From the NCBI GenBank assembly GCA_021613535.1, contig CP075492.1, forward strand, positions 10,416,001-10,480,000: a DNA stretch of 64,000 nt, in the 5' to 3' direction. Below, piece after piece: positions 13,433 through 27,000 of the stretch (positions are counted from its first letter, which is position 1; the number at the start of each line of letters is the position of its first letter). The notes under the pieces are model-generated. The model was given only the letters and a program-made list of their open reading frames with translations. It did no database searches and was not told the origin of the DNA. The translations under genes and the position numbers were made by a program. The stretch is from Adineta vaga (Eukaryota > Animalia > Rotifera).

Positions 13433-13700
13433 CCCGGGACGATGTTTCCCGGCTGCGGATCCGCACGGAACCTGCCGGAAATCATGCCTTTCTGAGGATA
13501 TTCCGGACAGTTCCAGCTGGTTCCAACCGGAAAATACAGGACAATGAAAGCAGTATTTCGATCGAAATTTCTCGGACTGTTCCGGCGAATTCCATTTGTT
13601 TTCCGACTCGAACTTACTGAAAGTTAGTCAGAAGCGAGCGGAAAAATCCGGTTCGGAATCCTGGTTCCGACGGGATCCGGCTCGGATTTTTCGACCTGGG
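13433..13700. mobile_element. GC-rich foldback/MITE-like element
   Basis: Sharp GC increase, many ttccgg/ccggaa units; ends CCCGGGACGA and TCGACCTGGG are 8/10 inverted; no clear TSD. Confidence 0.6.
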
Positions 13701-14385
13701 AACGATCACATTGATCAATCAATAGATTATGTGACAAACAATCTGCTCGTAGATGATCTGGTTGACATATGCAAAGATAATCAGCATCATACAAACAATA
13801 GAGTTCATGATCACGATGATAAACAAAATGATATTTTAAGACCATTGGGATATGATTACTTTTATCTAAATTATCAACGAATTTACTTGCATTGAAAAGT
13901 GTTATTGCATGTACACATTGTTTTTGTATAGATGTTATGAGATTGATGGAATTATTTACGATTAGATAAAGAATAAAATATTTCAATGTGGCAATATCAT
14001 TACATGTTTTGAGAATACCAAAAATAGATGCTTTGATAAGATCATGTTTGTAAAGAATTGTATGAGGAAATCCTCGAATCAGTTGTTGAGATTGAATGAA
14101 TAATTTAAGAGGAAAAGAAAGAATATCATAAAATTGAATAACAGATGCAACAGCTTCATCAGTCGTGTTTATATCAATTCGAATACCAATCTTTTCATGT
14201 TGACATTGATATCCATAATATTCTTTATCATATATACAATAAAAGCTTTCAGCGCAATCCCTTACGGGATTAAAAATGTGAAACACGATAAATTTGTTTC
14301 TACTATTGCAACAGAGATCTCTGATCGACAATAGATCCGCGTTTGTATTATTGCCAAAATCTGAATTATCGGTAATAATTTTCAT
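13701..14385 (-). pseudogene. Truncated fragment of a Cys-rich (EGF-like) extracellular protein, resembling rotifer-expanded LDL/EGF-GPCR ectodomains
   Basis: Open frame with C-x-C EGF-like motifs (FYCIYDKEYYGYQCQ; LYCLYDADYLCICQPDHLRADC); cut by the GC-rich element; no signal peptide or TM segment. Confidence 0.55.
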
Positions 14386-14402
14386 AGATAAATGAATAGA
14401 GG

Positions 14403-14518
14403 GTGTTAGTGAATGAGGGTGAGTGTGGGTAAGCTTGAAGAGTAAATAAGCTACGCTCAACCGCGTCCGCACCCTCAACATGTGCTCCACCCACCCACAC
14501 CCACCATCAAGATGACAC
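14403..14518. repeat. Short degenerate inverted repeat with TGAGGG/TGTGGG-like units
   Basis: ggtgagtgtgggt (14418-14430) is 12/13 complementary to acccacacccacc (14493-14505); gtgtta/tgacac at the edges. Confidence 0.45.
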
Positions 14519-14884
14519 TTGGAAAGAAAAGATGCAAAAAAAGTATAGTTTCTTTGGATCGCCAGTATATATGAATAGGAATAACGAAAAAAATCTGACT
14601 TATATATACAGAAATATATCTCAATTGTTAGACATCACATATACAATTATAATAATACAAACTGTATTTGAACTTGTTTACATGAACAACAAGCCACAGA
14701 TATTTATTGACAAGACAATAACAGGTTATTGTTCGAAAAAGTCATATTTATCCTAAACACTAATGATACTCTAAAAATGTATTGTATTTAGATTCTATTT
14801 CTTCTCTTAGACATGGATTTGATATGACTGAAACTAATATCAACGTCAAAATATGATTTACCTCGAACATTGGTTTGAGTTTTA

Positions 14885-14886
<2 letters not shown>

Positions 14887-14916
<30 letters not shown>
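14887..14916. repeat. (CA)15 microsatellite
   Basis: Perfect CA run. Confidence 0.95.
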
Positions 14917-14918
<2 letters not shown>

Positions 14919-15424
14919 GTCTGAATACAAATAACTTTGTCATTTTATTTATAATTAATTATTATTTTAAAAAAACCACTCCCTTCTCTTCTCATGTTTT
15001 TGTATCGCTGTTATACGTTATTTTGGAAGGTTAATAAAATTGAAATGCACTAGATACGAATGTATACAAAGCAAAGGAAAAACATCAAGGCACAATTACT
15101 GAGAAATAACTAAACAAAAAAATGCCCACACAGACAGACAGATAGACAAACGCACGCATACATATGTGAACTCGAAATGATCAGTAGTGATAAAAGACAC
15201 ACTACTAACATATATTTCTGTATATAAGAAGACTAAGAATGATAAAAAAGATCTTTGTACAAGAACGAAACAAAAAAATAACTTGTTTTTATAGCCAGAA
15301 AGGAAGAGAGAGAGAGAATGAGAGACACAAACAAACAAAGGATTAGGTCACCGTTGTTGAGCAGATCGATAGAAAAAAGAGAATGTGCATACATGCATGA
15401 TAAAGTAAAAAATGATGAGATTCA

Positions 15425-18400
15425 TCAATAACATCCTTCATTCCATGACGATGTTGGCGACACAGTATCCGGAATTTGTGGTCGTGTGATGGATGCAGGA
15501 GCTCGAACGTTTCGAGTTGTCATCATACTATCTGATGATTGAGACGAAGGAATTGTATTTGACGCTGTCGTCCTAAAATAAAGGCAATTAAGAACGAAAT
15601 CCAATTAAATCAAAAGAGCCGTGCAATTAGTAATTCTAAGTTAGTTAGCTTTTGATATACTCATGTCTATTCAAAATCCATTGATTGTTGTCCGTCGGGA
15701 TGAAAGAGAATGATGGCTGAAAACAACCATCCATCAGAATATAAAGCAAGCAAAGCAAAAACTATCTTTCAGACATCTTTACATACCGTGTTGGTGTTGG
15801 AATACTAGGTCTTCCTTGTTTACCAATTGTTGGTATTCCACTTTTTCGACCTTGACTCAATGTTGATGAGCTACGTGGTATGGAAGTTTGACCATTTGTT
15901 GACGGTGTCATATCGATTGATGAAGATGGTGATGGAGGAATTTGTGTACGTGGTTTATTGCTTACATCATTGAGTAGACTATTTCCATTTGGTGAAAATT
16001 GTTTAGCAGTAAATGTTGAACCTAAATCATTTGTTGGCTTTTTAACATTTTTTTGAGACGATACGGGTGGTGTTGGTGGTGGTGTTGCTGGCACTTTTGG
16101 ATTGTTATTATAAGATGTTTGAGAACCACGGTAACTATGTAATGGTCGAGATACAGGTGGACGTGCTCGGTTAGTTGTATTTGCTGAATTGGGTAATGTT
16201 ACACTCGTACGATTTGTTCCTGGTGGTGTTGGTTTGGTATCCGTTGCATCAGGTAAATCATAACTATTAGATACATTTGTACTAATTGTTTGTGTATTTG
16301 ATCGACGATGATTGTTTGGTTTAGTACCATTTCTATATTATAAGTTGGAAAAAAAAAGAAGAATATCAATATTGATATAATCATATATTGTTTATAGATA
16401 CATACCTTGGTGTTAATGATTTGGGTGCAACAGGAGGTTTATTCCCAGCAGGTTGATCTTAAAGAAAACAAAAATGAAACGAGAATAAGTATGATCAAAT
16501 ACAAATACTATAACTGTTAGTCAATATTCAAATACACACATACACATACATATGAATGAAGCTAAAAGCGTATGATTGCATACTGTTTTCAATTGGCTCG
16601 AACATATTCTGTTTTTCTCATGATCACTATAGACTACGTAATAATGACTTCATATTCTAAGATAAGTCGAAAAGAAAAGGTGTGATAAGACCTTCTGCAG
16701 GTAAGCAGTTGAAATAAAAAGACTAGTAACATTTTATTTGACTACACTTCTTCAATTCACTACAGAATATGGAAAAGAAAAAACGAATAAGAAATCTATT
16801 CAAAAAGAAGAAAAGTATGTTATTCAAAGTATCAGATAAATCATAGATCAACTCAGTTTCTTTTTCTTTCTTCTAAATTTAGATAAACCTCAACCTCAAT
16901 ATGATCCAGTAAAGCAAACCGAACAATCAACAAAATGTTCTTTTGCATTTGACAATTTAGCTTATGGTTCTCCTATTAATCTAAAATCATAAGATTTCCT
17001 TTTTTTTGTTCTAAATTATTAATATACGAGAGAAAAATTCGCTGCACAAACTATAAACTCACTTGTTAAAGTTACACTCGTTGCACTATTGGTGGATGCA
17101 AGAGAAACATTAGAACCACCTATAAGCATACAAAGCAAAGAAGCAAATTATTGAAGCAGGTATAGAAGAGCATACAAGACAAACATATTAGTAGAGCATT
17201 CTAGGTGCAGAGTAGTAAAAAAAAGAGAAGAAGAATACATATTAGTATTCTATCAAGAACCTGATGCACTATTGGCAAGGGTATCATCGGCATTATTAGG
17301 CAACACAAGAGATTGTAAAGGATTATCTGATGAAATGAAGGATGTTTCCATACAAGTATCAAGTGCAGATGGTGTTACACGTCCACTCCATTGACCTGTT
17401 CGTATCGCTGGTGATTGTGATCGTGGTGATACCGATGGTAAAACATGAGAATATTGAGATTCTGTCACCACAAATGAATTCTTTCGTAATGGTATACGTC
17501 GAGGTGTCATATAACCACTGTTACTAACAGGACTTGTATTACGTGTTGCACCAAATACTGATGAAGGTGATGCATCACGTGAATCTGTACTTATTAAAGT
17601 ATTGGAACTGCCTCCTGAAAATGTATATATTAACAACGAAAACCACAATAACAAAGGTGCAAAATATAAAAAGCAAACATCGAACATTAGACAATATTCC
17701 TTTTTGACACTAACTGTACATTTTTTAGATCAAATGAGCGAATAACATGCATCTATTTGTCTACAGATTAACATACCGAAACGTTTTGATAATGGACCTT
17801 GTCGTTCTGCTAATCGTAATTCTATAATAAGGAAAAAATATATAATGTCTATAGTGTCAACAAAATAATAACTCGAATGACTTACTTTCAAGTTGTACTT
17901 TTGCTATAACTAAACAGAAAAGAATTATATGCTTTGTAGTCGTTTTTAAGATTCATTACCTTCAAGATCAGTGTAATCTAATGGTTCTCTTTCACGTTCT
18001 CGAGAAGCTTCTCTAGAGCGTACATTTATACTAGCACTTGTCGCTGCTATTGTATGTCGAAGTGGTGATGAACTAGCAGGAGATGTTGGTCGAGTATTTC
18101 CATTACCATTCAATAGTGGAGTACCTGACCGTAATGGAGAAATCATTCGACCATTGCCAACAGGTTCTATAAAAAACAAATACATGATAGATTAATATTG
18201 GATTCAATAAATATCATCACACCATTAGAAAAAGAACAAAAGGAGCATAACCAACGCATAAAAAACTCTTTCTAGCATGCTCGTCTAATACTTGAAGAAA
18301 AATCCGTTCGATTCGTGCTCAAATCATGCTAAACGCCTTACTACGCGATGGTAATATCTGATCATTATTATCAAGACTATCCAATGATGAACAACGACGT

Positions 18401-19757
18401 GTTAATTTTTCAATCAGTTGACGTTCCTTGACAATGGTTTGCAATAGATGTGTATCATTAGTCGAACAATCATAAAATTGTTCTTTATCATCATCCGATG
18501 ATTCATCATTTAATGAATCATAGAGACAAAGATCAAACTTTTCATGATTATCTTTTTCAATACTATCCAAACTTAATGTTGATAAACGTAATATTTTCGA
18601 CGAGGATGGTAAAGTCAAAAATTCCGTTAAATAAAGTGCATTTTCAAGTAAATCAGATGAAGCAATTTTCGAATGAAGAATAAAAGTTTGTATACCTGGA
18701 TTAACTTGTTGTTCAGTCGAACTACGTTTGACACTATCAGATCTTTGATTACCAGCAAAATTATGACATGATATACTTCGAATTGTGCGTGCTAAAAAAA
18801 GACAAAATAGCATTCATTTGTTTATGTTAGTTAGTTAATTATGAATGTATGCAGAATAATATATGGATTAGTAAGGACATCAGATAATTTTTGATTGGAA
18901 CTAACTGATATGGACCGTAATATTTCACTTAGAAGATTTCGTCATCAAATACTCGAAGACATTTACTTTGAAACTGAACAATAGAAAACGATAAAAGCTA
19001 TGAAGTGTTTAGTTGTCCTTATATTCAAGGATAAGTTCTTCATGTTCTTTCGTTGTATTCAATTGACGAAAAAATAATAAGATGAACTATTTTATCCTTG
19101 AACAAGTATATGTTCGTGATCAATAGAACTTACCATGTGACATATCATCAAGTTTACAAAGAAGTCTATGTTTAGTAGCATTAATATCGTTTTCTTTGAA
19201 TTCTTTATGTACCCAAGAGAAAATATTCTCTGATGTAGGAGTTGGTCGATTACCATTGTTCGGTATTTGAAATAGCCTAAAAGGGAAAACAAGATGTTAC
19301 GATTAGAGAAGAAAAAAAAGAATTCATTTTACCAAGCATCATCAGCTTCACTTTGTTCATCAATTATATTCACAGGTTCAATTTTATCAAATGATATTCC
19401 ATCAACGGAAGCGTCATATTGTGCTTTACGTGATCGTCGTTTTTTCTGTGCATTAATTGTATTTTTCTTTTCAAGACTACGTAAAGATGTATCTGCTTGA
19501 AGGCCATTGGTACTATTTACTAATACCGATTCATCTTGTCCAGGAACCGAACAAAAACTTTCCGTCATCGATTCACACATACCCACACCATCGAGTATAA
19601 AACTTGTTGGTCTTCCACCACCGGAATCGGATATTCCCGATGTTGTTAAATCCGGAAAGTGTAGATTATTTATTGTTGATGTTGTCAGTAGCGCTGATGG
19701 ATCGAATGAGATACTTTGATTCATATCAGTAATTGGCGAAAGAAATCTTTCGGTCAT
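15425..19757 (-). CDS. SLAIN: SLAIN motif-containing microtubule plus-end tracking protein, alternatively spliced
   Basis: Spliced motifs DDAWLFQ...FSWVHKEF...TKHRLLCKLD and DYTDLEVIAKVQLEKLR (SLAIN DVQxxARxQEESLR-like), SxIP motifs (TSIP, SGIP, PSIP, TQIP), C-terminus SSWNEGCY-stop resembling the SLAIN W.DGCY tail. Confidence 0.8.
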
Positions 19758-20097
19758 TGTTTCAATTGTATGTTATATATGTATTTACGTATATCTATCT
19801 ATCACTTGAGAAAAGGAAATACTAATCCTTCATCTGTCTGTCTCTGTCTTGCGAATGTCACAAATATTTTCGACCAATCAGACGATCTTTCAAATGATCA
19901 GTGACATCTAGAGTAATAGAATGAGACAAATAAATTAGATTTGTTATGAAAATACTTCATAGAAATCGGCAAAATATTTTTTAATCAATAAAAGAAAAGA
20001 AATTCATTCGATTGGTTGAATTGATGAGTCACGTTACTAACAATCAGGCAGTCAAATAAATTTAATCATCAATACAAAGAAGAAAAGAAGAAAAAAA

Positions 20098-23000
20098 ATG
20101 CAAACTGCAGAAAGTGTATGTTTATGGAATTACCAATTTAAAAACAGTTCTCCCCCGTCACCGATTAGCAATATGTCATCTAAGAAAACTTCTCTAGAAA
20201 AACCGCCTTATTTAGCATGTACAGAACGTTATTCATGTCAAAATGAAATGTCATCAAAAGCCATATTTTACTGTATACAATGTAAAAATTTACAATGTCT
20301 ATTATGTGAAAAAGAAATTCATGATCACATCAATAATCATGAACATGAACGATTGAATTTAGAGGCAATTGAAGATGAAATTTGTTCCATTGATCGACGA
20401 CATCAAGCTGTCTTTTATTGTACGACATGTGTCGCAAGTTTTTGTTATAATTGTTATGAAAATCAACATCAACATTCAGATGGACGACAACATAAACCAC
20501 TAAAATATCGTGATGGACAAAAATTAACAACAAAAGCAAACAAGTATGACACACCTTTTTGTATGTACACTAGTAATAAAACTTCGATTTTTAGTGAACA
20601 ATATCGAACAGAAACTCAGCCGATTAAAATTATTCCATCATCGAATGTAAATACTAAAACAATGAAACCATCAGCAACTTCGTTTGAAGATGTTCAAGTT
20701 GATGATAGTGATGATAATCATACATCACCACCGAATCGAAAACAATATTCAAATCAAACTCCAAAACGACATAATTTCAATCAAGAAATGTTACTGGAAT
20801 CGATGCTTGATGAAGAAAAAAATGATCAACCGGATAATCATTTATCCAGTAAAACTACAAATCGACTTTCACATCAATCAGCATCTGATGCTAATCGAGG
20901 ATTTTTATTACTTGATGCAAATGAACATCTAACTGTAAATACAGAATCGGAATTTTTACGTCGTCTGAAATGTGACAGAGATCTCAGTGTCAAATGTGTA
21001 TCTATTATTGGTAATACTGGTGATGGAAAATCTTATACTCTTAATCAAGTATTTTTCAATGGTAAAGACGTGTTTAAGACATCATCGACAGCTGATTCAT
21101 GTACAATGGGTGTTTGGTCAGCTCTTGATGATAATCATCGAACACTTGTTCTCGATACGGAAGGTCGTTTGGGTCTTTCTGAAAATGATAATACACGCAA
21201 TAGATTATTACTTAAAATACTTTGCATAAGTGATATTATTGTTTATCGTACACGAGCATCAAAATTACCGAATGATATGTTTCAATTTTTATCGGATGCT
21301 TCCAGTGCATTTTTGAAATATTTTCGAAAAGAATTAGAAAATGTTATGAGAAATTGTAAAGCAGATGGACCAATGTCAACAATGGGACCAACATTGATTG
21401 TTTTTCATGAAACACAACATACTGGAATTCTAAGAGGTTCGATTATCAATTAGTTAAAAGATCGAAAAAAAAATAATCATTTCGAATATATTTAGATCAT
21501 CATCAAGGTCAAATAACAGCTGTTGAACAATTGAAACAACGCTTTGAGACAATGAATTTATCTTACGATGCATATAGGTTTGTTAATCATTTCTTCTGTT
21601 CATATCCTATGATTCTTTCATTCTATGTAGTTCAATCGAGTATGTTGGTATTCAAACTATGGGCACTGAACCAACTGATTTTACAGAAATCAAAGCAACT
21701 ATTGCTGCTATATTGAATAATAATAATATACGTTCTCGACGAAGTTTGTCTGTGATTTTCAAAGCACTAAAAGTAAGAAGAAATCTTGAAAAGATAAATG
21801 CTGAAATTTGTCCTTTTTTCTAGGCATTAAATGAAAAATTTAACCATACTATACCGCCATCGATACCATCGACATTACCAGATGATTTTTTCGCTTGTTG
21901 TGCTAAATGTCTTTCGTGTGGGTATGTATTGTTATTATTTTCCTTTCGTTGATTTTATTCTTATCATGACGAATGATTATTTTAGAATGAAATGTACAAT
22001 GGCAGCAAATCATCATAAAGATCATATTCCACATGAATGTGAAACACGATGTACATATAATAAAGAATTAGATAATGAAGTTTGGAAATGTTTGCAATGC
22101 CATCGAGATGGACGTGATATGATTGTTTATGGAAAATTGATTACAAAAAATGATGGTCTCGTTCAAGGATTATTGAAATATGTTTGGTCGGGATGTGTTA
22201 TTGAATGTCTATATCATGGTGAAATTTATCGTTCACGAAAACATTGGTATGGAAATAATGAACCTAAAGATGTAACACGAGTAGAAATTATTCATGTTTG
22301 GCCTGATGATGATAACAGTCGATTAGCTAGCGATGTCACACCAAGAAAATTTATGGAATTAATCGTTTACGCGAGCAGGTATGAATAGATTCCATGTGAA
22401 ATCAGTGAGATATCGTTTTTCTTTCCAGTTATTTATCAGCACCAACAAAAATGATATCGGAATTGGTGGCCGATCAAGTAGCACCATCATATTGGGTTCC
22501 AAATAAAGATGTTATTGTAAGTTTCTAATCTTTTTTTCGACTTTTTTTTATACTTCGAAATTATGACGTCGTTTGTCAAGAGTGATAAGATTACCTTGAA
22601 TTTTACTTGAGAGATAAAGTATTATTATACAATCATCGAGGTGATTATTATGTTGAAGAAAAATGAAAGCTGTTTTTAGGCATGTGCATCATGTAAACTT
22701 CTTTTTGGTACTGAATATTCTAAACATCATTGTCGAGGTAAATTTCTTCTCTCTGAAATGATTCGAATTTACTAAAACAGTATTCGTTCTTCTAGCATGC
22801 GGTCATGTGTTTTGTGATACATGTACAACCAATCGTCGTGTTGTGCCATGGATTGATACTGAAAAGACAGTTCGTGTATGTAATAATTGTAATGATAATC
22901 CAAAATCTCGTGCACCACCAACACCATCATCTACAATCTCTTCATCATCACTATCATCTGAAATGACTAAACAATATCAGCAGAAAATAGCAACGGAGAA

Positions 23001-23554
23001 TAGTGGTAGTAGTGGAGATTCAGCAAGTACAATATCATCCGGTGAACATCTTAACGATCTATGTTTATCTCCAACTGACATCTTTGATATTGATCAACCA
23101 GGTGCAGGTCCTATTCTAGTTGATATTCCAACGACAAGACGTGTTTATGAAACAGTGAAAAGTGGTCTAGAAAAAATTGGAGTGAATTATCCAATTGGTA
23201 AGAGCACTTTGTTTTTCTTACAAAAAGAAATCTTTAAATTCTATTTTGTTCACGTAGAATTAATCAAAGAAAGTACTCGGCCAAGCTATTGGAAGCCGGA
23301 TAGTGAATGTCACGCATGCTATATTTGTAAACGACCATTTAATAGTACAACAACTCGATTACACCATTGGTAAGCATTTTAGGTCTGAAAACTGAATATT
23401 AAAACGAATGTTTTTATGTTTATTTAGTCGAAGTTGTGGAGATGGTGTTTGTGAAAATTGTTCTCCGAATCAACGATCTGTACCAGAAAGAGATTGGTTG
23501 ACACCTGTTCGTGTATGTAAATTATGCGAGAAAGTCATGAATGAAATGAAATAA
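20098..23554 (+). CDS. ZFYVE1: Zinc finger FYVE domain protein 1 / DFCP1
   Basis: N-terminal B-box-like Cys/His clusters, P-loop IIGNTGDGKS, LDTEG, FHET, WSGCVIEC..HGEIYRSR, two FYVE domains (KHHCRACG, LHHCRSCG). Start could be 20098 or 20173. Confidence 0.93.
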
Positions 23555-24039
23555 AAAAGAAATTGAACGCTTGATTTCTCTATTTTTTTATGTCTTTGTA
23601 TTCATAATTTCGAACGTGTTTATTTTTTCTTGCCTTGTAACTTCTTATTTCTTTCTCTCTTTTATTACTATATTCTACATCGATAGTTGAAAATACATAC
23701 TCACATGTCTTTTCTATTTGTGTGTTGGCAAATTATTGCACTCTTGTTAATAATTCTCAAGAGAAAACAAACCGTGTTTATATATGTATGAAACAGAGTA
23801 TGTGTGTTTACGATGAATGTGTTTTTTTTCATATTGAAATGAACGATTGCCTCTTTCTTTCTCAATATTATACTCTACTCTGCTGGGATCATGTATTTAT
23901 ACGTTTATGTGCAATAATAAAAATCTTCCTATTCTCTCCTTCTCTTTTCACAATATAACCTTGTAAATGAAATCATTTTATAATCGAGAATGTGTTTTCT
24001 TTCTTTTTCTTACTCTAAAATAGAAAAATAATTTTTCAG

Positions 24040-27000
24040 ATGTTTATGTACAATGGTTATTCTTCATATGATGCAGAGATTCAACGGCACATTGTTTGTA
24101 ATTCATCCTTATCATCGATGGTACCACAACCAGTCGCAGAAGAAATTGCTCTCCCATTTTTAACACATATTTATGAATCAGTTATAAGTAATCGACCATT
24201 TTCAATAACGATCGATAAAGATCTCAAATGGGCACTTGAAGTTTTTGCATTTGGTTTTACATGTGAACAAAGTTCAATCTATCAATTATGTGCAAATATT
24301 TATGTTGAATGGCTGAAAGTATTCGAAAGTACATCGATGAATTCAAATTCAATTCCATCAATTTTACGAGAAAAAACAGAATTTTATTGGTCACAAATGT
24401 TTTGGCATTTATATCATCTTTTTGTTACTCATAATGGTAGGAAATTACACGTATAAAAAAAATTTCTCTTTCACACTCTTATTTTCTCTAGAAAAACCAG
24501 CTGATTTATTAACAAAAAGTATGTACACTCATAAAGTCCTTCGTCAATTACAAACAATGATTAGTCAAACGGAATTAAGTGTTGATCTATGGCATATTCT
24601 TTTACAAGTATTTCTAGCAATTGGTGATGCTGTATTATCACCATCGTATCGAAGTATGCTTTGTTTTCTTAATAGCAAATATATTTCTAATAATCTTATC
24701 AATAGCAAATGAAGAAGGTGGTGCAGTTATGAGTCATCGTCTTGTTCCATCAATTTATCAAGTATTTATGGTTGCTGTTGATAAAGTACACATTCCACCG
24801 GGATTATGGAGAACATTTCGAGACTATGCTGTTACATGGCGTCATCGACCTGCAGTAGTTTATGGTAAATGTGCAATTTTATTCTATTCTTTATCTCTAA
24901 TGTTCAATAAATTGATTATGCGAATATAATTTAGATTGGGCTCAACTCACCTGTGTCCTTGCATCAGCTGTTGTGCATAAATTATGGTGGTCCGATTTAG
25001 TTCCACTTCAATATGTTTGTAAGTAATTGATATGCATTGTAATTCATTTTTTCTGTTCTCTTTCGAATTTAGGTAGTGAAACTGATCAAGGTGAATATGT
25101 GCAAAAAATAATCGATTCTCTTTCATTGAGTCGATTGGTTATAACATGGATTCAATTTCTCACTATTTTACAAAATCCATCTGAATGCGGTGATGTTTCG
25201 GTAGATTGAAAAAAGACATTCATATCTGATAAGATAAAAATGAAATCGATTCTCTTAGGTTTTTCTTCGTATGCCAAAATATACTGGACAATTTCAAATC
25301 ACTTCAACTACAAAACTTAAAGATTTACCATCCTTACAAGAATTACCACGAATATTTGTTAATGTTACAAAAGCAATTGCCATGTTCGTTGACATATGGC
25401 TAGGAAAAGATGTTGATTCTACTAGTCTATATAGTCCTAAACCTTCAACTAATCCGACACAATTAACAATGGCTGAAAGTATAGCATCAAATAATAATTT
25501 AACATCTCCAACACGTCCATTTACTCAATCTGTTCGTGGTAATCCAGTAAATTCACAACAACAACAACAACCATTAACATCAGGAACATTAAAAGCTACG
25601 AAATCACAAGCTGATAGTCGACGAGGTATGCTTTTCTGAACATATTTACATATGACTTATCCTATCTTATTTCAGTCAGTGCTAAGAAAACAGGTATAAT
25701 ATTTTAAAAAAATGAAATAAATACATAAATATCTAGTTTGAATTTGTATGTAATTAAAAATGACATTTTATTTCCTTACTGCTTCATTAAAATTCATGTT
25801 AATCAGTTCCATTCTTCTTCTTTTCTTTTTGTTCATTCATATTCATCGATCTTTTTCTTTAGTAAGTGTTCCTCATTCTCAAACAGTTTCACCAAACAAT
25901 ACCAATTCACCATCAACAACCTCTCAACAAACTCGTTCCGAACAAATCCATAAACTTTTACGAACAAATCGTCCAACTGTCAATAGTTTAATGCATCTCT
26001 ACGGACCATGGATATTAGATGCTTGTTTACTACAAATCAAAGATCGTTATACACGATCATCAACAATTGTAAATATGAATGATTGTAAGTTTTGTTTTGA
26101 TATATTCTCTCAATACCATAATCATTCAAATAACTTTTAGCTACCCGAATGATTGAAATAGATAAAACATTAGATATACAGGTATGTTGTTTATGGATTT
26201 CATCATTTGAATTAAAATATCTTTCTATAGAATGAACGTTTAATGGATGAAGCTTTTGCGAAATCATTTGCAACTATATGCACAATATTTAGTAGTGCAC
26301 AATGTGATGAATATATTCATCCGGAATATTTAAGTCGCTTTTATTATGTTCTACAACAAGGTTTACGATTTTATCATGGTGATGAAGTAAGATGAAAACA
26401 AACTTGTTTCATTTTCTATCAACTACCTTCTTTTAGCAACGTTCTTTTACAATAATGGAATCAATTCTCTTACATAGTGCTGATTTATTTCGTATAAATT
26501 TACGTGGAATTAATATTCTATTACCACTTTATTTGGATGCAATTGAATATTATTTACAAAATGATTTTCAAGCATCAATGAATTATCAATCCAGCATGAA
26601 AGGAACAACTAATTTACCACCAAGCTCTGAACGTTTTACACGTATTCGTTCGAAATGTATACAAATTCTTATGTCAATTGTTAGTCTACCATATCAATAT
26701 GAATATCTTCAACAACATTCATTTGAAGATTATTTGGAAAAATCACATGATGTACAAACAACAATGAAAACATTTTCGCAGTATCGTTTGAAAATCTTCC
26801 CATTATTATTAATTGCTTTACAATCTGAACAAGATACGACTAATGCGCAATTATTATTCGGTAAAAATACCCAATTTTGATTGAAAGATTAAATTGAATC
26901 TCTCGATTTCTTTTAAATATGTGTAGGTACAATTCGTTTAGCATGTTCATTAGCAGCTCATTATGATCGACAACAAGAATCATTGGATGAGAAAAGTCAA

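Noticed and set aside
20544-20594. Apparent coding insert in ZFYVE1 (YDTPFCMYTSNKTSIFS)
   Set aside because: 51-nt GT-AG intron that is in frame and stop-free by chance; same for the 51-nt intron in the dynein MTBD region.
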